A DNA stretch of 64,000 nucleotides, taken from contig JBNGIO010006224.1 in NCBI GenBank assembly GCA_049999805.1, forward strand, positions 234,361-298,360, written 5' to 3'. The first letter of the stretch is position 1. Every line of letters begins with the position of its first letter. Both the position numbers and the translations under genes were made by a program. Below, in pieces: positions 39,501 to 51,792 of the stretch. The notes under the pieces were generated by a model. It had not been told where the DNA came from, did not search any database, and saw only the letters and a program-made list of their open reading frames with translations. The DNA comes from Folioceros fuciformis (taxonomy: Eukaryota).

Positions 39501-41801
39501 TCAAACTACCCGCATGGCGATCGGAATCTTCACGACATGCTGCCCGTGTTTCCAGGTTATAGATCCATAAGAATAGAGAGATCCGCGTGCGACACCAGTT
39601 AGATGCTGAGGATCAGCCCTGAAGGTGAGCACAAATTCGAGCGTCCGTTGCCGGGGAGAGAAAGTTAGGACACTTGGAGCTAGGGTAACGATGATGCCCG
39701 GGGGTGGCTCGACGAGCGCGGAGTACGTAGAGCGTGAGGGACCAACGCTGGTGACATTCCGACGAACGGTAACCGTCCCGTTGGAAGGCAGCTCAGAAAC
39801 TGCAATGGACGGGTAGTTAAGGTCTGAGCCACGAAGAGGCGACGTAGGGCAGGAGAAGCCAGGCCGCAAAGTTCCAAGGTCAGCTGCCGACACTCCGGCG
39901 ATGGAGCAAAGGTAGGAGAGGTAATCTGTAGTGGTGGCGTCGAACACCAGCCCGGGAGCCAGGGCACGCCAGGGCGCCATATCGCCTCCGCCATAATCCA
40001 TGGGGGTGCCGGGCCCCTGTAGCGCGGTGGCGCTAGTCACCATGGCGGATTTGATGGCCGACGGGCTCCAGGTCGGGTGCGCTGCCTTGATGAGAGCAGC
40101 CACAGCTGCGGCATGCGGGCACGACATGGAGGTGCCCGTCAGGATGTTGAACTCGCTCCGCCGCCTGTCCACCGGCAGGTGCGAGGGAGGAGCCACGTCT
40201 GGCCAGGCGGCCAGGATGTTGGTCCCAGGAGCAGTCAGGTCCGGCTTGATGAGATCCGGCGCCACAGGGCTGGGTCCCCGGGACGAGAATCCGGGCACAG
40301 TTGGGGATGGCCTGTTCCCGTACGTAGTCCTGGAGGCCAAGATTTTGGCCGCTGCAGCCGCGCCCGCCTCCTGCATGTAGCGGAAGATGGCGGATCCGGC
40401 TTGGGAGTCCACAACCGTGGCGGGTAGGACGTAGGCAGAAGCGATCTCATCGTTGGCGTCATCCACGATCACCACCCCGATACCCCCTGCCCGGAACACC
40501 TCCAAGGCCACCGCGCTGCGGGCATCGTCCCCGTCCCGCCCACTGTGAAGGCATACCACAATCTTGCCCTTGGCCTTGACAGGATCCAGCGAGGAATCGA
40601 TGCAGTGGCTGGACTGCAGCGGGGAGAAGAAGCCGCCGGCGATGTCCGCAGCCGAGACTAGAGGATAGAACTTGTCCGCTACAGCCTGCGAGTTAGCGCT
40701 CCTGCCGGTGACGATCCTCGATCCCGACCCCTGCAGCTGTAGATCAGTGGGGAAGTCGCGATCCGTGGTGCTGGCTCCCACGGTGATGATCCACGGCGCC
40801 GCATTGTCCACGCTCTTGGCGCCCGGGCCGTCGTTGCCTGCTGAGGCGATGACCGTGATGCCGTGCTGTACGGCGTGGAAGGCCCCCACGGAGAGAGCGT
40901 CCAAGAGGACGGCGTCTCCATCCGATGCCCCGAGCGAGACAGAGAGGATGTCGACCCCGTCGCGGATGGCGTCGTCGTAGGCCGCCAGAATGTCAGCATC
41001 GTAGCATCCTTTAGACCAGCACACCTTGTAGACGGCCAATCTGGAGAAAGGAGATCCTCCCCTGGCCGTGCCCTCCGCCAGGCCGAAGAAGCTGGCTCCC
41101 GCGACAGGGTTTCCCACCGCTATTGATGCCGTGTGAGTGCCATGGCCGCTGATGTCCCGTGGAGATCGGTAGTCCGGCTGGTCTGATCCCACCGGGGGAT
41201 TGATGGACTCGTAGCCCTGAACGTAGAACTTGGCGCCGATGAGCTTCTTGTTACATTGCGAGGAGTTGAAGGAGGGCCCGTCCTGGCAGCTCCCTTTCCA
41301 CCGGGCGGGGATCGGCGGGAGGCCATCGTCGGTGAAGCTGGCGGACTCGGGCCAGACCCCGCTGTCAATGACTCCCACGATCACTTCGCTGCCGTCCCTC
41401 CCTCGTGCTCTCTTCCCTACCAGGTCCTTCCCTGCCTGCAGGGGTCCCAGCCCCAGGTACTGCCAGCTCGCGGTTGTGTGGAGCTTCCTCCTGGTGTTCG
41501 GCTTCACAGCAAGCACCCCCGGCCTGCCGCCCAGCTGAGCGGCCTCCTCCGTGCTCAGCTTGGCCGCAAATCCGTTGAAGCCATACTTGTAGGTGTGAAC
41601 GAGGCGGCCCGATGCGCTCTCCCGGCTGCCAAGAAAGGAGGCGAGCAAAGCCCGGTGCTCTGCCTCCACCGCCGCCGGCGTCGCCCCGGCCGGCTTGCCC
41701 CCGAGGTAAACGATGTACACCCCGTGGCGCAGCTGCTGGGAGGAGCAGACATCCAGCACCAGGAAGCAGGCGACAATACCGAGGAGGAAACGCAGCTTCA
41801 T
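39501..41801 (-). CDS. Subtilisin-like serine protease (S8A, plant SBT), intronless
   Basis: Signal peptide, I9 prodomain (YIVYLG, YKYGFNGFAA), LHTT processing site, triad VIDSG / GHGTHT / GTSMSCPH, PA domain, Fn3-like C-terminus. Confidence 0.97.
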   Translation of the reverse strand: MKLRFLLGIVACFLVLDVCSSQQLRHGVYIVYLGGKPAGATPAAVEAEHRALLASFLGSRESASGRLVHTYKYGFNGFAAKLSTEEAAQLGGRPGVLAVKPNTRRKLHTTASWQYLGLGPLQAGKDLVGKRARGRDGSEVIVGVIDSGVWPESASFTDDGLPPIPARWKGSCQDGPSFNSSQCNKKLIGAKFYVQGYESINPPVGSDQPDYRSPRDISGHGTHTASIAVGNPVAGASFFGLAEGTARGGSPFSRLAVYKVCWSKGCYDADILAAYDDAIRDGVDILSVSLGASDGDAVLLDALSVGAFHAVQHGITVIASAGNDGPGAKSVDNAAPWIITVGASTTDRDFPTDLQLQGSGSRIVTGRSANSQAVADKFYPLVSAADIAGGFFSPLQSSHCIDSSLDPVKAKGKIVVCLHSGRDGDDARSAVALEVFRAGGIGVVIVDDANDEIASAYVLPATVVDSQAGSAIFRYMQEAGAAAAAKILASRTTYGNRPSPTVPGFSSRGPSPVAPDLIKPDLTAPGTNILAAWPDVAPPSHLPVDRRRSEFNILTGTSMSCPHAAAVAALIKAAHPTWSPSAIKSAMVTSATALQGPGTPMDYGGGDMAPWRALAPGLVFDATTTDYLSYLCSIAGVSAADLGTLRPGFSCPTSPLRGSDLNYPSIAVSELPSNGTVTVRRNVTSVGPSRSTYSALVEPPPGIIVTLAPSVLTFSPRQRTLEFVLTFRADPQHLTGVARGSLYSYGSITWKHGQHVVKIPIAMRVV

Positions 41802-44070
41802 CCTGGCAGACCAATGAGATCCGCAACCGGACCTTTACCTCACGTCACGGCCAGCGCGAACCCGGCATTGCCTTGCCCTAACCGCAAACCCAGCCAGCCC
41901 CCGGCGAGCTCAGTCGGGAAGGGAGAAGAAGAAGAGGAGGAAGGCCGCAAAGAAGAGGAGAGAAAGCAAGATGAAGGAGGCGGAGGCGACGGAGAAGTCG
42001 ATGAAAAGGAAGAGCGTGATGCACAAGAGGTACGGGAACACCACCAGCGACAGCAGAACAGAATTCCGTGGCACATCCGTGTGCATCTGAAGAGGCGGGA
42101 GCGCGCGTTCTGGAAGAGAAGCCACAATGGCGGAGGCAACGTTCTAGAAAACCCGGGCAATGAATGGCACGCGCCACTGCGAGCTTCGGGGAAAGCGTTT
42201 CAGTCATGGAGCATCCGCGCGCCTTGAGGCCTTGGGGCCTGGGGGGGGCCGACACAGAAACAAGTCCGACTCGAAGAAGGCGCAGCGGCAGGCAAGCTGG
42301 CACACTGCACAAAACCTTGAGGACGACAGCGAGAGGCACGCGTAGCTCGGCTGTGAACGATGACTGTGAGAAACAACCCGCGCCAGCCTCACCTGCAATT
42401 GAAGCCATAACGGTCCTTTCGGTGTCACTCCCGTCAGGCCCTCGGCTTCGCGGCGATGCGTTTCGCCATTTCGTTTCGCCCTGTACCGGTACTGGGCACC
42501 CGGCGCGAAGCGGACCTCGGGACTCTGAAAAACCCATGTTCTACGTTTAAGGGAGTGGGAGTGGGATTGGGATTGGAATACGAGGCCCCAACAAAAGCAA
42601 AGCTCGGTAAGCGGTGGGCAAGTTGCAGCATACATGAGCGGGAAGTTGACCGGACTGAAAGAAAAATAAATTCCTGTCCCACAAAACTTTAGGGGCTATT
42701 ATTACTGCAGACAATCTTACAGTACTGTAAGATATTTATGTAAATGCGTTAAAACCTGTAACTGAGTATGGTACCATGTTCGGATGCAATCTGACAACGG
42801 CAAGATCTGTACACCGACAAGCACATGGCAGTGTACTGTACAGATGAATGCCAGAGAGGAGTAGGTACGTATGTACATACAGTGTCGTTGTATGGGGAGG
42901 ACGGTCCTCGAGGCGAATGGATGTTCAGAGACAGCATACGAGAAGCAGCCGAGTTGCATCCCGTTTGCACTCTAAGTGTGGTGAATCGGCCCACCAAAGA
43001 AAGCTCGTTGCAAATCCTGAAGCACAGCCATGCCATGGCACGTGTGTTAGGGGAAAGAGGGAAGTAGAAACCGTCCCCGAGCTCCATGCCAGGATGGGGA
43101 CATGCCGGTACCGCATGCAGCAGTGGGGGAAAGGAAGAGGCTCCTGGAAATGGGTTCGGACAAGCATGGCATGGGTGGGATGAGCAGCCCCGCAGCAGCG
43201 TCGTGCGGTTTGTTGGGCGTTTGGAGTTCGTCATCCCAGCCTGCATCTTGCATACAGGTCTCGTATCCCTGCCGTTATCTAACATGGTCATCATGAATGC
43301 GAGGAAGTTTGTGCAAACGAAGGTGTTATGGCCTGATGAGCAGCAGGCAAGGCACGGCCAAGGTTAAGGCATGGCATGGCATGGCTTGATGGGTAGCCGT
43401 GCAAGCGTGACCGCCCGTCAAAAAAGCGTTCCAGTCGTGATCCGCAGCCTGTGAATGGTAGCAACGTGTCAAAGCAATCCGCATCCACTTCATATGCCAG
43501 CATGCTACTGGGTCGCATGGGTGTCACTCAGCCCATTTGCTACCAATTTCAGAATTTCGATGCTCGGTTGGCTTCCCCACGATTGGTTTGGCTTGCGCAT
43601 TACGTTCTCAGCAACGTGCCCCGATCTTCTGTAGCGCTGTGAGCGGAGTCGGTGGTCGTCTGGCGGGAGCTCCATCTGCTTGTTCAGGTGGGTGATTTGG
43701 TCCTGATCCCGGTGCTTGGTGGTGGATTTTGTGCAGGCTGTTTTGGTGGCGGACTTGACCCGCCATGTGACACGGTGAAGGCATGAAGCCGTACGTGCTC
43801 CGGGGTGTCATCCCTCAGTGTGCATTCCGGACCGGAGTATTTCGTGATTCCTCACCTCATGCTGGTTCAAGTTGTGGGCTTGTGCTGCTCCTGCTCTCAA
43901 TGCCAGAATCTGGGTGTTTGAGATATGCATGTCCTGTCAGTGAGTGATTCTGCGGATTGGATTTTGGGTTTGTGCGCAGGGACGGGGAAAGTCTGAGTCA
44001 CTGATTCGTCATGCTTCCTCGTGGTTTTGATGAGGTTGACTGTTGAGTAGCAGGTCCGTGCATTTAAGCA

Positions 44071-46824
44071 ATGGAGACAGTCAAGGAGATAGCTGTGATG
44101 CTGGTCAGGGAGCCACGCACACGTGTGGTGATTGCTTTCTCTGTGGCCATCTGGCCGGTGATATTTGGAGGTTTTGTATGGCTGTCCGCACTGGACTGCT
44201 ATGTGCAAGTCGTGATAGGTCTGATCACGGGATTTGCACTAATGGTTGGGTACTACTACATGATGTTACATAGGACGCACAGCCGGAGTCGTGAGGTACG
44301 ATGCAGCTTGTGGTTGATGTTCACTCCTTGTGGCCTGCTGCTGCTGGGAAATTTGTCTCCGTGCTTCCTTCGTCCCTGTATCTGGAGTCGGCTGCAAAGC
44401 CACTGAACATCGTGGATGAGCAGGCAGTGAAGTTACAACAGCTTTCAGGCCTAGAGGTCTCGGTCCTTAGGCGTCTCATTCCGGAGGACTCCATTCCCAG
44501 CTGGGTGCAATCCGGATTCGACAAGGTTCGTAGGGTTCCCTCCAGAATGCTCTGCTTGGGTCGGCAATATTCGTTCTGAACTCAGTATCGTGCACGGCTC
44601 ACAGGTGGGCTGGATCAACAAGGAGTTGCGAGAAGTCTGGCCTTTTCTGGATAAGGTTTGCTTCAGCGTCACAAGCATTCATCGGGAGAGAGCTTCGCAA
44701 GCTCACTCTAGTAGTACTGCTGCAGGCTGTTGGAGACATGGTTACGCAGCAGCTCCAGCCAATTCTGGACCAATACAAGCTAGGGCCGGTCACTGGCCTG
44801 AAAGTGGAACAAGTGACTCTGGGAACTGTTGGTCCTCTCATCGGAGGTTGGTATGCCACCTTTGTTACTTATTTAAATGTGAAAAGGATGTGTCCACAAA
44901 AATGCTGGTACGCGATTGAACTTCTTTCCAGGCTCATGCTTGCTGCGCTGCTGTGATACGCTGAAACAGGCATAAAGGTTACTGAGGGTGGTAAGGACGA
45001 AAGCATTGTCGAGTTTGAAGTGGATTGGCGGAATGGGAAGGGGCAGAAGGCGGTGATCACAGTTCAGACTCCTGGCCCAGATTTTCAAGTCGAGGTGAGG
45101 AGAACATCGTCTGTCAATGTTGCTCCCACCCAACACACAGATTTCTGTTGCTCACGACTAAGGAGTCTGTGTCCGGCAGGTGAAAGATTTTACACTGTAC
45201 GGTGTAGGCAGGGTGGTCCTGAAGCCACTTGTGGAGGAAATTCCTGGGTTTGGAGCTCTTTTGGTCTCACTGCGTGAACCAGTAAGCTCTGGACCTTGGC
45301 GTCCATCTTTGTTGCCCGATGACATCAACATGCTCAGTTGGTGTTTTTGTCTGGTACCACTGACCGATCTGAGGGAGACACGCTGCTTTCGTGTGCTCTT
45401 GGTTGCCTTGTCTGCAAAACGAGATACGACGTATGAGGACATGTTTGAAGTCGGTAACCTCATCTCTGATAGTACAAGTGTGTGAGTCGCAGCCAGACGT
45501 GGACTTCCACACCAACATTTTCGGCGGGGACTTGACAGCAATACCCGGAGTGGACCAGATAATTGATGTAAGTGCTTACAGCAGGGGACCCTTTTTCTAC
45601 CCCATGCATGTGTGTGTTGTGTGATCGAATGAGCAAAATTTTGTATTGGTGTGTGGTTTGCAGAACTTGATCAAATCCGCTCTTGAAGATACTTTGGTGT
45701 GGCCGAGCCGTCTCGTTATTCCTGTGAGACCTGGGGACTACAGGTAAGACTAGTTTGTCTGCCTGTGCCATTCCTGCTTGTGAACCTGACATTGTTTGCA
45801 TTGCTGTAACCACGAGTGCTTTGCTGACGCAGTTGGCTGGAGCTGCATCCGGTGGGTATCCTGCACGTGGCTCTGTTGGAGGGCAAAGGCTTGAAGTCGG
45901 AGGACTGGTTTGGTAAATCAGACCCGTTCGTCCTGCTGTATATCCGCCCAAAAGAAGACAAGATCAAGAGGTCGTCAACAAAGAGTAACTCCTCAAATCC
46001 GGTTTGGAACGAGGCATTTGACGTGGAGGTAAAGTGGTGTGCAGGAAGCTTGTCGCCGCCCTGGAATGTCTCTGTGTGCAGCAATGCTATTTAATGTGTG
46101 CTGACTCGATACTATCCATAACATGACAGGTGGAAGATCCAGAGTGCCAGAAACTGCACCTGAGGCTGATGGATGCCGATGCAGTGAATGCAGCAGATTA
46201 TCATGGCGGTGCGGAGTTGTCCGTCTCACAGGTGGATACACCCGCGTTTCTCAATGGCAATCATGAGTCGGAACCCTGGTTGTTGATAGATGTGTCTGAC
46301 TGTGGGCTTGGGTGCAGTTCGAGCCACTGAAGGCATACGATCTCTGGGTACCTCTGCTCAAAAACCCCAGCAAACCAAGTGAGGGAGAGGCTTCTGGTCA
46401 GATTCATCTCATCGTCACGTACAAGCCTCTGGAGAAGAAGTCGGGAGACGAGAAGGACTCTGCTACTCTGAAAGAAAATGGGAAGACTGACGAGAAGAAG
46501 CAAGATGCAGGCAGCGGTGAAAAGGAGGAGCGGGATGTCGAGGGTGTCGACGAGAAGGCATCCGCCCCTGCCCCGGACTCAGCCTCTGGAAAGGAGGAAT
46601 TCCCAACGGCAGAGAAGGCAACGGGTAACACTGAAACCGTACCCAACGTGGCACAAGAGCCTGAAGTCCCAGCAACGCCTGAAGAACATGACAGAAAGCT
46701 GCAGGAACATGACTTGGGCGCCCAGCATGCCGCAGCTGTGGACCTGAACGACAAAAGCGATGTCAAAATCAAGGTTGCAACGTCATCTGCGGAGGAGTTG
46801 ATGGAGATGAACGGGATGGGGTGA
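44071..46824 (+). CDS. Synaptotagmin-like protein (TM-SMP-C2), multi-exon
   Basis: Hydrophobic N-terminus; SMP IPSWV..VGWINKELREVWPFLDK..VTLGTVGPLIGGIKV..LVWPSRLVIP; C2 GILHVALLEGKGLKSEDWFGKSDPFV..NPVWNEAF; acidic tail. Confidence 0.92.
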
Positions 46825-47084
46825 GTGGATGTGTATTGTGTGCCTGCAGCAAGAGCAGCACGGTGGAAGACAAAGGGTGACGGTGGAGCTCTGTCTTGTT
46901 GTGTGTAAATACAGTACTCCACATCACACAGACCCCAGGAACAATCTCGTTTGTGTTGGAAGTTTGTGCAGGCCGGGGTAGTGTACAAACTGTGGTTCAC
47001 GGGCATCCACCCTCGAGTGTCTTGGGTGAAGGAGAATGTGAGAAGGCGGAATCATTGGGAGTGCTATACGCGGCCTGCGTTCCC

Positions 47085-47443
47085 GCGTTCCTTGTCAAGC
47101 TCACATACTTTATTGCACACCAAGAATGAAAACTTTCAGAATATGGATGCTGATATGTGCCGCGTGAACAGTCATCAACGGAGGGGGAAATCGGTTGTTG
47201 CAAGCATCCATCGTCATTGGTGGATTTGGCGAAGATGGGCGACCTCGTTGTACTTTTTTCAACACGTGTATGAGGCGCCTGCGCGCGGGTGATTCGTCGT
47301 TGGTGGATTTGGCGGAGATGGGCGGCCTCGTCGTCCTTTTTGGCAACACCTGTAAGACTCGACGACGCGAGGGTGACCCACAGTGGCGAGTCGTAACATT
47401 GGTCATGACCCAGCAAGGCGGACATGACTGCTGGTTGTACATC
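47085..47443. repeat. Dispersed direct repeat, copy 1 (partner at 57745-58021)
   Basis: gcgttccttgtcaa(g/a)ctcacatact..gaatatggatgc..ggttgtacatc present in both copies; copy 1 has an internal duplication of about 80 bp. Confidence 0.85.
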
Positions 47444-47992
47444 AGGGTGTTTTTTGACCGCGTCCCGAGCTCAGTCTCGGTCCCCGCAACCTAACAAGAA
47501 GACCGGTTCTGACCTGAGGTCTCCATTTTGTCCGGGGACCGACGGTTCCAAAAAGCCCGTCCTCCAGTTAAATGGAATGGTATTGTTAAAGCTGGGGAAG
47601 AGCAGGCTCCACACAGCAAAATATATAAGGTATTTATAATATTATTATTTATATTACTATTGTTAAATAATTTTTTCACTATTTATTTTTCATAAATACT
47701 GAGAGTTAAGAAAAGGTGGACTGAGAGTAGAATAGATTTGTTTCAAACGTAGGGACCACCCAGCTTTGTTACCTTTGTTTCAGTACTCATTTCCTAAAGC
47801 TACCCCATATGGGATTCCAAAGCATAGAACCCCTCAAGACCGCAAGATGAGTTCTTGGAGAGAAGATGTTGTGTAGATGTTGGGCCCACTCCATGTCGTG
47901 TGAGTCTAGCACTATAAAGCATGTGGGTTAAAAACCATTTCCATGGGAACTCACCTCGAAAAAGTACAACGAGTGACAAACAAACAAAAAGT

Positions 47993-48097
47993 ACAATTCT
48001 TTGCATGCCCAGTGGACTTTAAAGGACATTGGATAAAGGACAGTGGACTTTAAACGACCAATGTCCTTTAAAGTCCACTGGGCATGCAAAGAATTGT
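47993..48097. repeat. Perfect 40-bp inverted repeat with 25-nt spacer
   Basis: 47993-48032 is the exact reverse complement of 48058-48097. Confidence 0.95.
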
Positions 48098-48699
48098 GTC
48101 TTTGAAAAGGGATCTACCAGCTTGAGACCACCTTTGGACTTAGGTTTAATCAGAATTCTCCAAGCCACCTTAGGTGCTTTGGACGCCTCATCCATCGGGC
48201 AATTCTAGAGGAATTGCAATATCAAGGCTTTAAACCTATCCATGTTCTGAACGGAAGGAGCCCACACAAAAATGTAATACCATAAGCTTGCAATAAGGAT
48301 GTACTTAATGGCAATGATTCTAGCTCGCATGGATGAGTTGTAGAACCTTCATTCCTCTAGCTTTGAGGCTAAACTTGTTGAAGATATATTTAGCAATAGC
48401 AGAATTGGTGGTGGTTACTATTTGCTAGGCTGGTGGCTTAGAGAGGGTGTTTCTTGGGTCTATTAGTCCAACCAAGGGGGGACCACTAATTGTCTTTTTG
48501 GGTGATGAAAGAGATATACTAGAGCTTAACGGCATGCTCATATTTGGCCTAGCCTAAATGACTTGAGTACCCAGAATCTTAATTTGGGGCGGATTCCGTC
48601 CCCAGCCCATGGATTCAATACGATGCTAAGACTAAAATGTTTTAGTGTAAAATTTGCAGACAGTATGGGAAATAAGCCCTAGCAAATGGTACAATGGTA

Positions 48700-50660
48700 C
48701 AACAAACATTAAGTCCAGCTCTATGGACGTTTAAACATGCTTTCAACACATTTCTTCGAAACTCAACTCTCGAGAACATAGTATGGTCCAAGATTTATAG
48801 AAATGGTGAAGAATGCAGTGGACTGTAGTTTTGATGGACTAATTCGTCTGTTTTTAATGGCATATTCTCATGACAAGAATAATGTACCGTACCTTTTGCA
48901 CAATTTTTTCGTACAACTAATCGGAGATAATGAGAGTAGGAAATATCCAATCACAATACTATGATGATAAAACTTGTGCTGAGATAGTAACATGCATGAC
49001 CTATGCTATTTGTGAAGATTTGGCAAGTCGAATAAAGTCTTGTATTTGGCTTGATAATTGATGAACATACGGACATATCCATTGAAAAACATCTTGTTCT
49101 ATACATTTCCTTTTTGGAAAACCATATGCAACAAACTACATTTTTCAGTAAGTATACATGTGCTGACATGCATGAGGTAAATTTAGATATCACATACTAT
49201 TCTTTTTATAGTACTACTGATAACAATGCTTATGTATCATGACAAGTATGCTCGTGGTATAAGAAGATAATGGTATAAGCTTGTTTAATCGAATTATAGA
49301 GTACTTACTTGGGCAAGTTGGGCGCTGATGTGAAAAAGTTTTATGGTTTTGGATCAAATGCTGTACCATTGATGCTAGGATGCAAAAGAGGAGAAAGATT
49401 AATAAAAGGGGTTAACCTTTATCTTAATTTCATACATTGTCTTGGGCATAAACATGCTTTGTGTGTCACGAGCTATAGAAAAGGTTATCTTCTTGAAAAG
49501 TATTAAGTTATTCAAAATATATACTTACACATAAAATCTTATCATGAAAGAGTAAGATCATTGGCTAGCTTTTAAAAGGACCTTATATATGCAAAAAGTA
49601 CGACCAAGAAACAACAATCATACTTGATGGCTTAAAAAGACAAAGGCTGTAGTAAGCTTATGCTCTAATTATGAGCCAATTGCTAATGTTTAGAACACCC
49701 GACCGGAACAACGTTCCTCATATAACTACGTCCATAGATGTCATTTTGTGTATTCTCTATAACTACGTCCATAGATTTCATTTTGTGTATTTTTTATAAC
49801 TACGTCCATAGATTTCATTTTGTGTATTCTCTATTTTTCTTAGGAGATTTGCTTGCCAAGTTAAGTTCTACGCGTAAGTACTTCTAGAAGACCAACTTAG
49901 ACCTTACAACTATTAAAACTTATGTAAAGGTGTTAATTGAAGAAATATAAAATCATTATTTATGTGATCCTCTTATTAATTTAGAAGTCGCACAAGTGGA
50001 TTCAACAAATTACCCTATACAGTCTAAATCTAGCCCCTCATTATTGAAGGATAAGTCTTATTTGTATGTAAGTCTTTAGTTTGGTGTTAAGGGAAATATA
50101 TTCAAGAAGTCTTAATGAGAAAAAAATATTTTTTGGTAGTGATTTAAGGGAAGCAATAAAATTTCAAAACGACTTTGCAATAAAAGTTTACAATAACCTA
50201 AGGAAACAATTTGAGAATAAATTTATACTACAAACAATGAAGATCTTATCCCCTATTCATCATCCTAAAAGTTAAAATGTTACCTATGTATGGTACCAAA
50301 GAAGTGAACAAATTGTGTGCTTTCTACAACATACCAAGAATAGTAGGCAATATTACAATCCCAGCTATTATAAATGCCGATGAGACATATGTTGAGCTCG
50401 TGGGATTTCATTCCATCATGAGAAAAGAATGGTCAGGGCAAACCATGCATTTTACTTGGAGAAGCATATTCGCAAACGAGATATTCATGTTTACATGGTC
50501 AAACTTAGCAAAGATTGTGAAATAGCAATGCACTAATATGGCTTGCTGCGAGAGTGGGTTTATTGTTCAAAATTGAATAAAGGGAATATATCGGAGCAGT
50601 TTACAAATTGAACATCTTCAAACAATTATGATACTTTACATACAAGTCCCTTTTTGTTCG
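48700..50660 (+). mobile_element. Degenerate hAT-superfamily transposase (ZNF862-like), pseudogenised
   Basis: LIIDEHTDISIEKHLVLY (DE-TD motif), FGSNAVPLMLG..IHCLGHKHAL (CxxH), WSNLAKIV..ACCESGF..RSSL dimerisation domain; many stops and frameshifts. Boundaries approximate. Confidence 0.8.
49721..49834. repeat. Tandem repeat, 3 x 37 bp, inside the hAT remnant
   Basis: tataactacgtccataga.. at 49721, 49758 and 49795. Confidence 0.9.
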
Positions 50661-51179
50661 GCATGTATTAGTAGGTGATAAAAATTTACAGTCTTAAAGC
50701 TCATGTGTTTGTACAAGCTATTTTCATGAAGAATTCAAGATATTTTCATATTCGAGTTACTGTTAAAATCTTCTGCTTTCCTACTTTTGAGTAGTTAGTG
50801 TGTTTTTGAAAAACATTAGTTGGTTTTTTATTAAAAAAAAGAATTCCTTCCTTTTTAAGATAAAATGACTTTAGACCTCCAAAGTTTAGACTAAAAAAAA
50901 CTATTTCATATTTTATTGAAGTATAAATTATCTTGCAAAATTCAAAAAGAAATAAAAAAATAGCTTTAAGCCTCTAGGTAAAACTTAGCTGTTGATGTCT
51001 TCCTAATGCTCTTTAGCTTGGCTTTCTGATTGGCCTCCTAAGCAACGGGCAATTCCTCAAAGATCGAGAAATTTCTTTTTTTCCTCGGCAACCCACAGGT
51101 CCCTTGCAACCGATTAGGCCAGAGAATTGCTTCTGATCATGTCACTCATATGTTAAAATTCGGGATCCGAAAGAAAGTT

Positions 51180-51792
51180 CCCAGTCTCCATGTTTCTTAA
51201 GTAAATATGCATAGTCTAATCATAGTGCTATTTGCCACCTGCCACTTGTTGGTCAAAGAGCCTTGCGCTCCGCCTACAACGCAACTGGTTGGTTTCAGTG
51301 TTAACGGCTGACCACTATGGCTTGGGTGCAATGAAGCCATGGTCAAAGACAAGGTTACCATCCATTGATTTCCCACAGTGTTGTCATACCACAAATGGAG
51401 AGGACCCCTGGAGATGGTTGACTCGTCCACATTTCCAACACCGAGTGAGGATTTTCGGGTAAAAGGACAATAGCTTGAGCTGGATGTTGGGGTTTAAAGA
51501 TGATTCAATAATAACACCCTCCGGAAGGTCAAGCATCAAAGAAACCTTGCCGCTAAAGAGTGGAGTCACTCCAAGCTACATCTTGTCAAGGCAGGTGGAT
51601 TAGGCATACACTTCACCCACCACATAGACAATTTCTTCAGCCATCTCAAATAAGTCAGGAGTGAGCCCATAGAGCTGCGCCCACACAAATTTCTTTTTGA
51701 AATTAGTTCTGTCAATAGTGGTGCCTGCAAATCAAGCTTTCGGGTGACGGGTGCATTTGCCTTGAACTTCATAGACTTTAGGATAAGAGCTC
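51180..51792 (-). mobile_element. LINE ORF1-like remnant, interrupted by the copia element
   Basis: FVWAQLYGLTPDLFEMAEEIVYVVGEV and degenerate knuckle CWKCGRVNHLQGSS; presumably continues beyond 57383. Confidence 0.55.

Noticed and set aside
41256-42227. 323-aa plus-strand ORF, and other long antisense or alternate-frame ORFs such as 60543-61808
   Set aside because: Shadows of GC-rich real genes; low-complexity translations.
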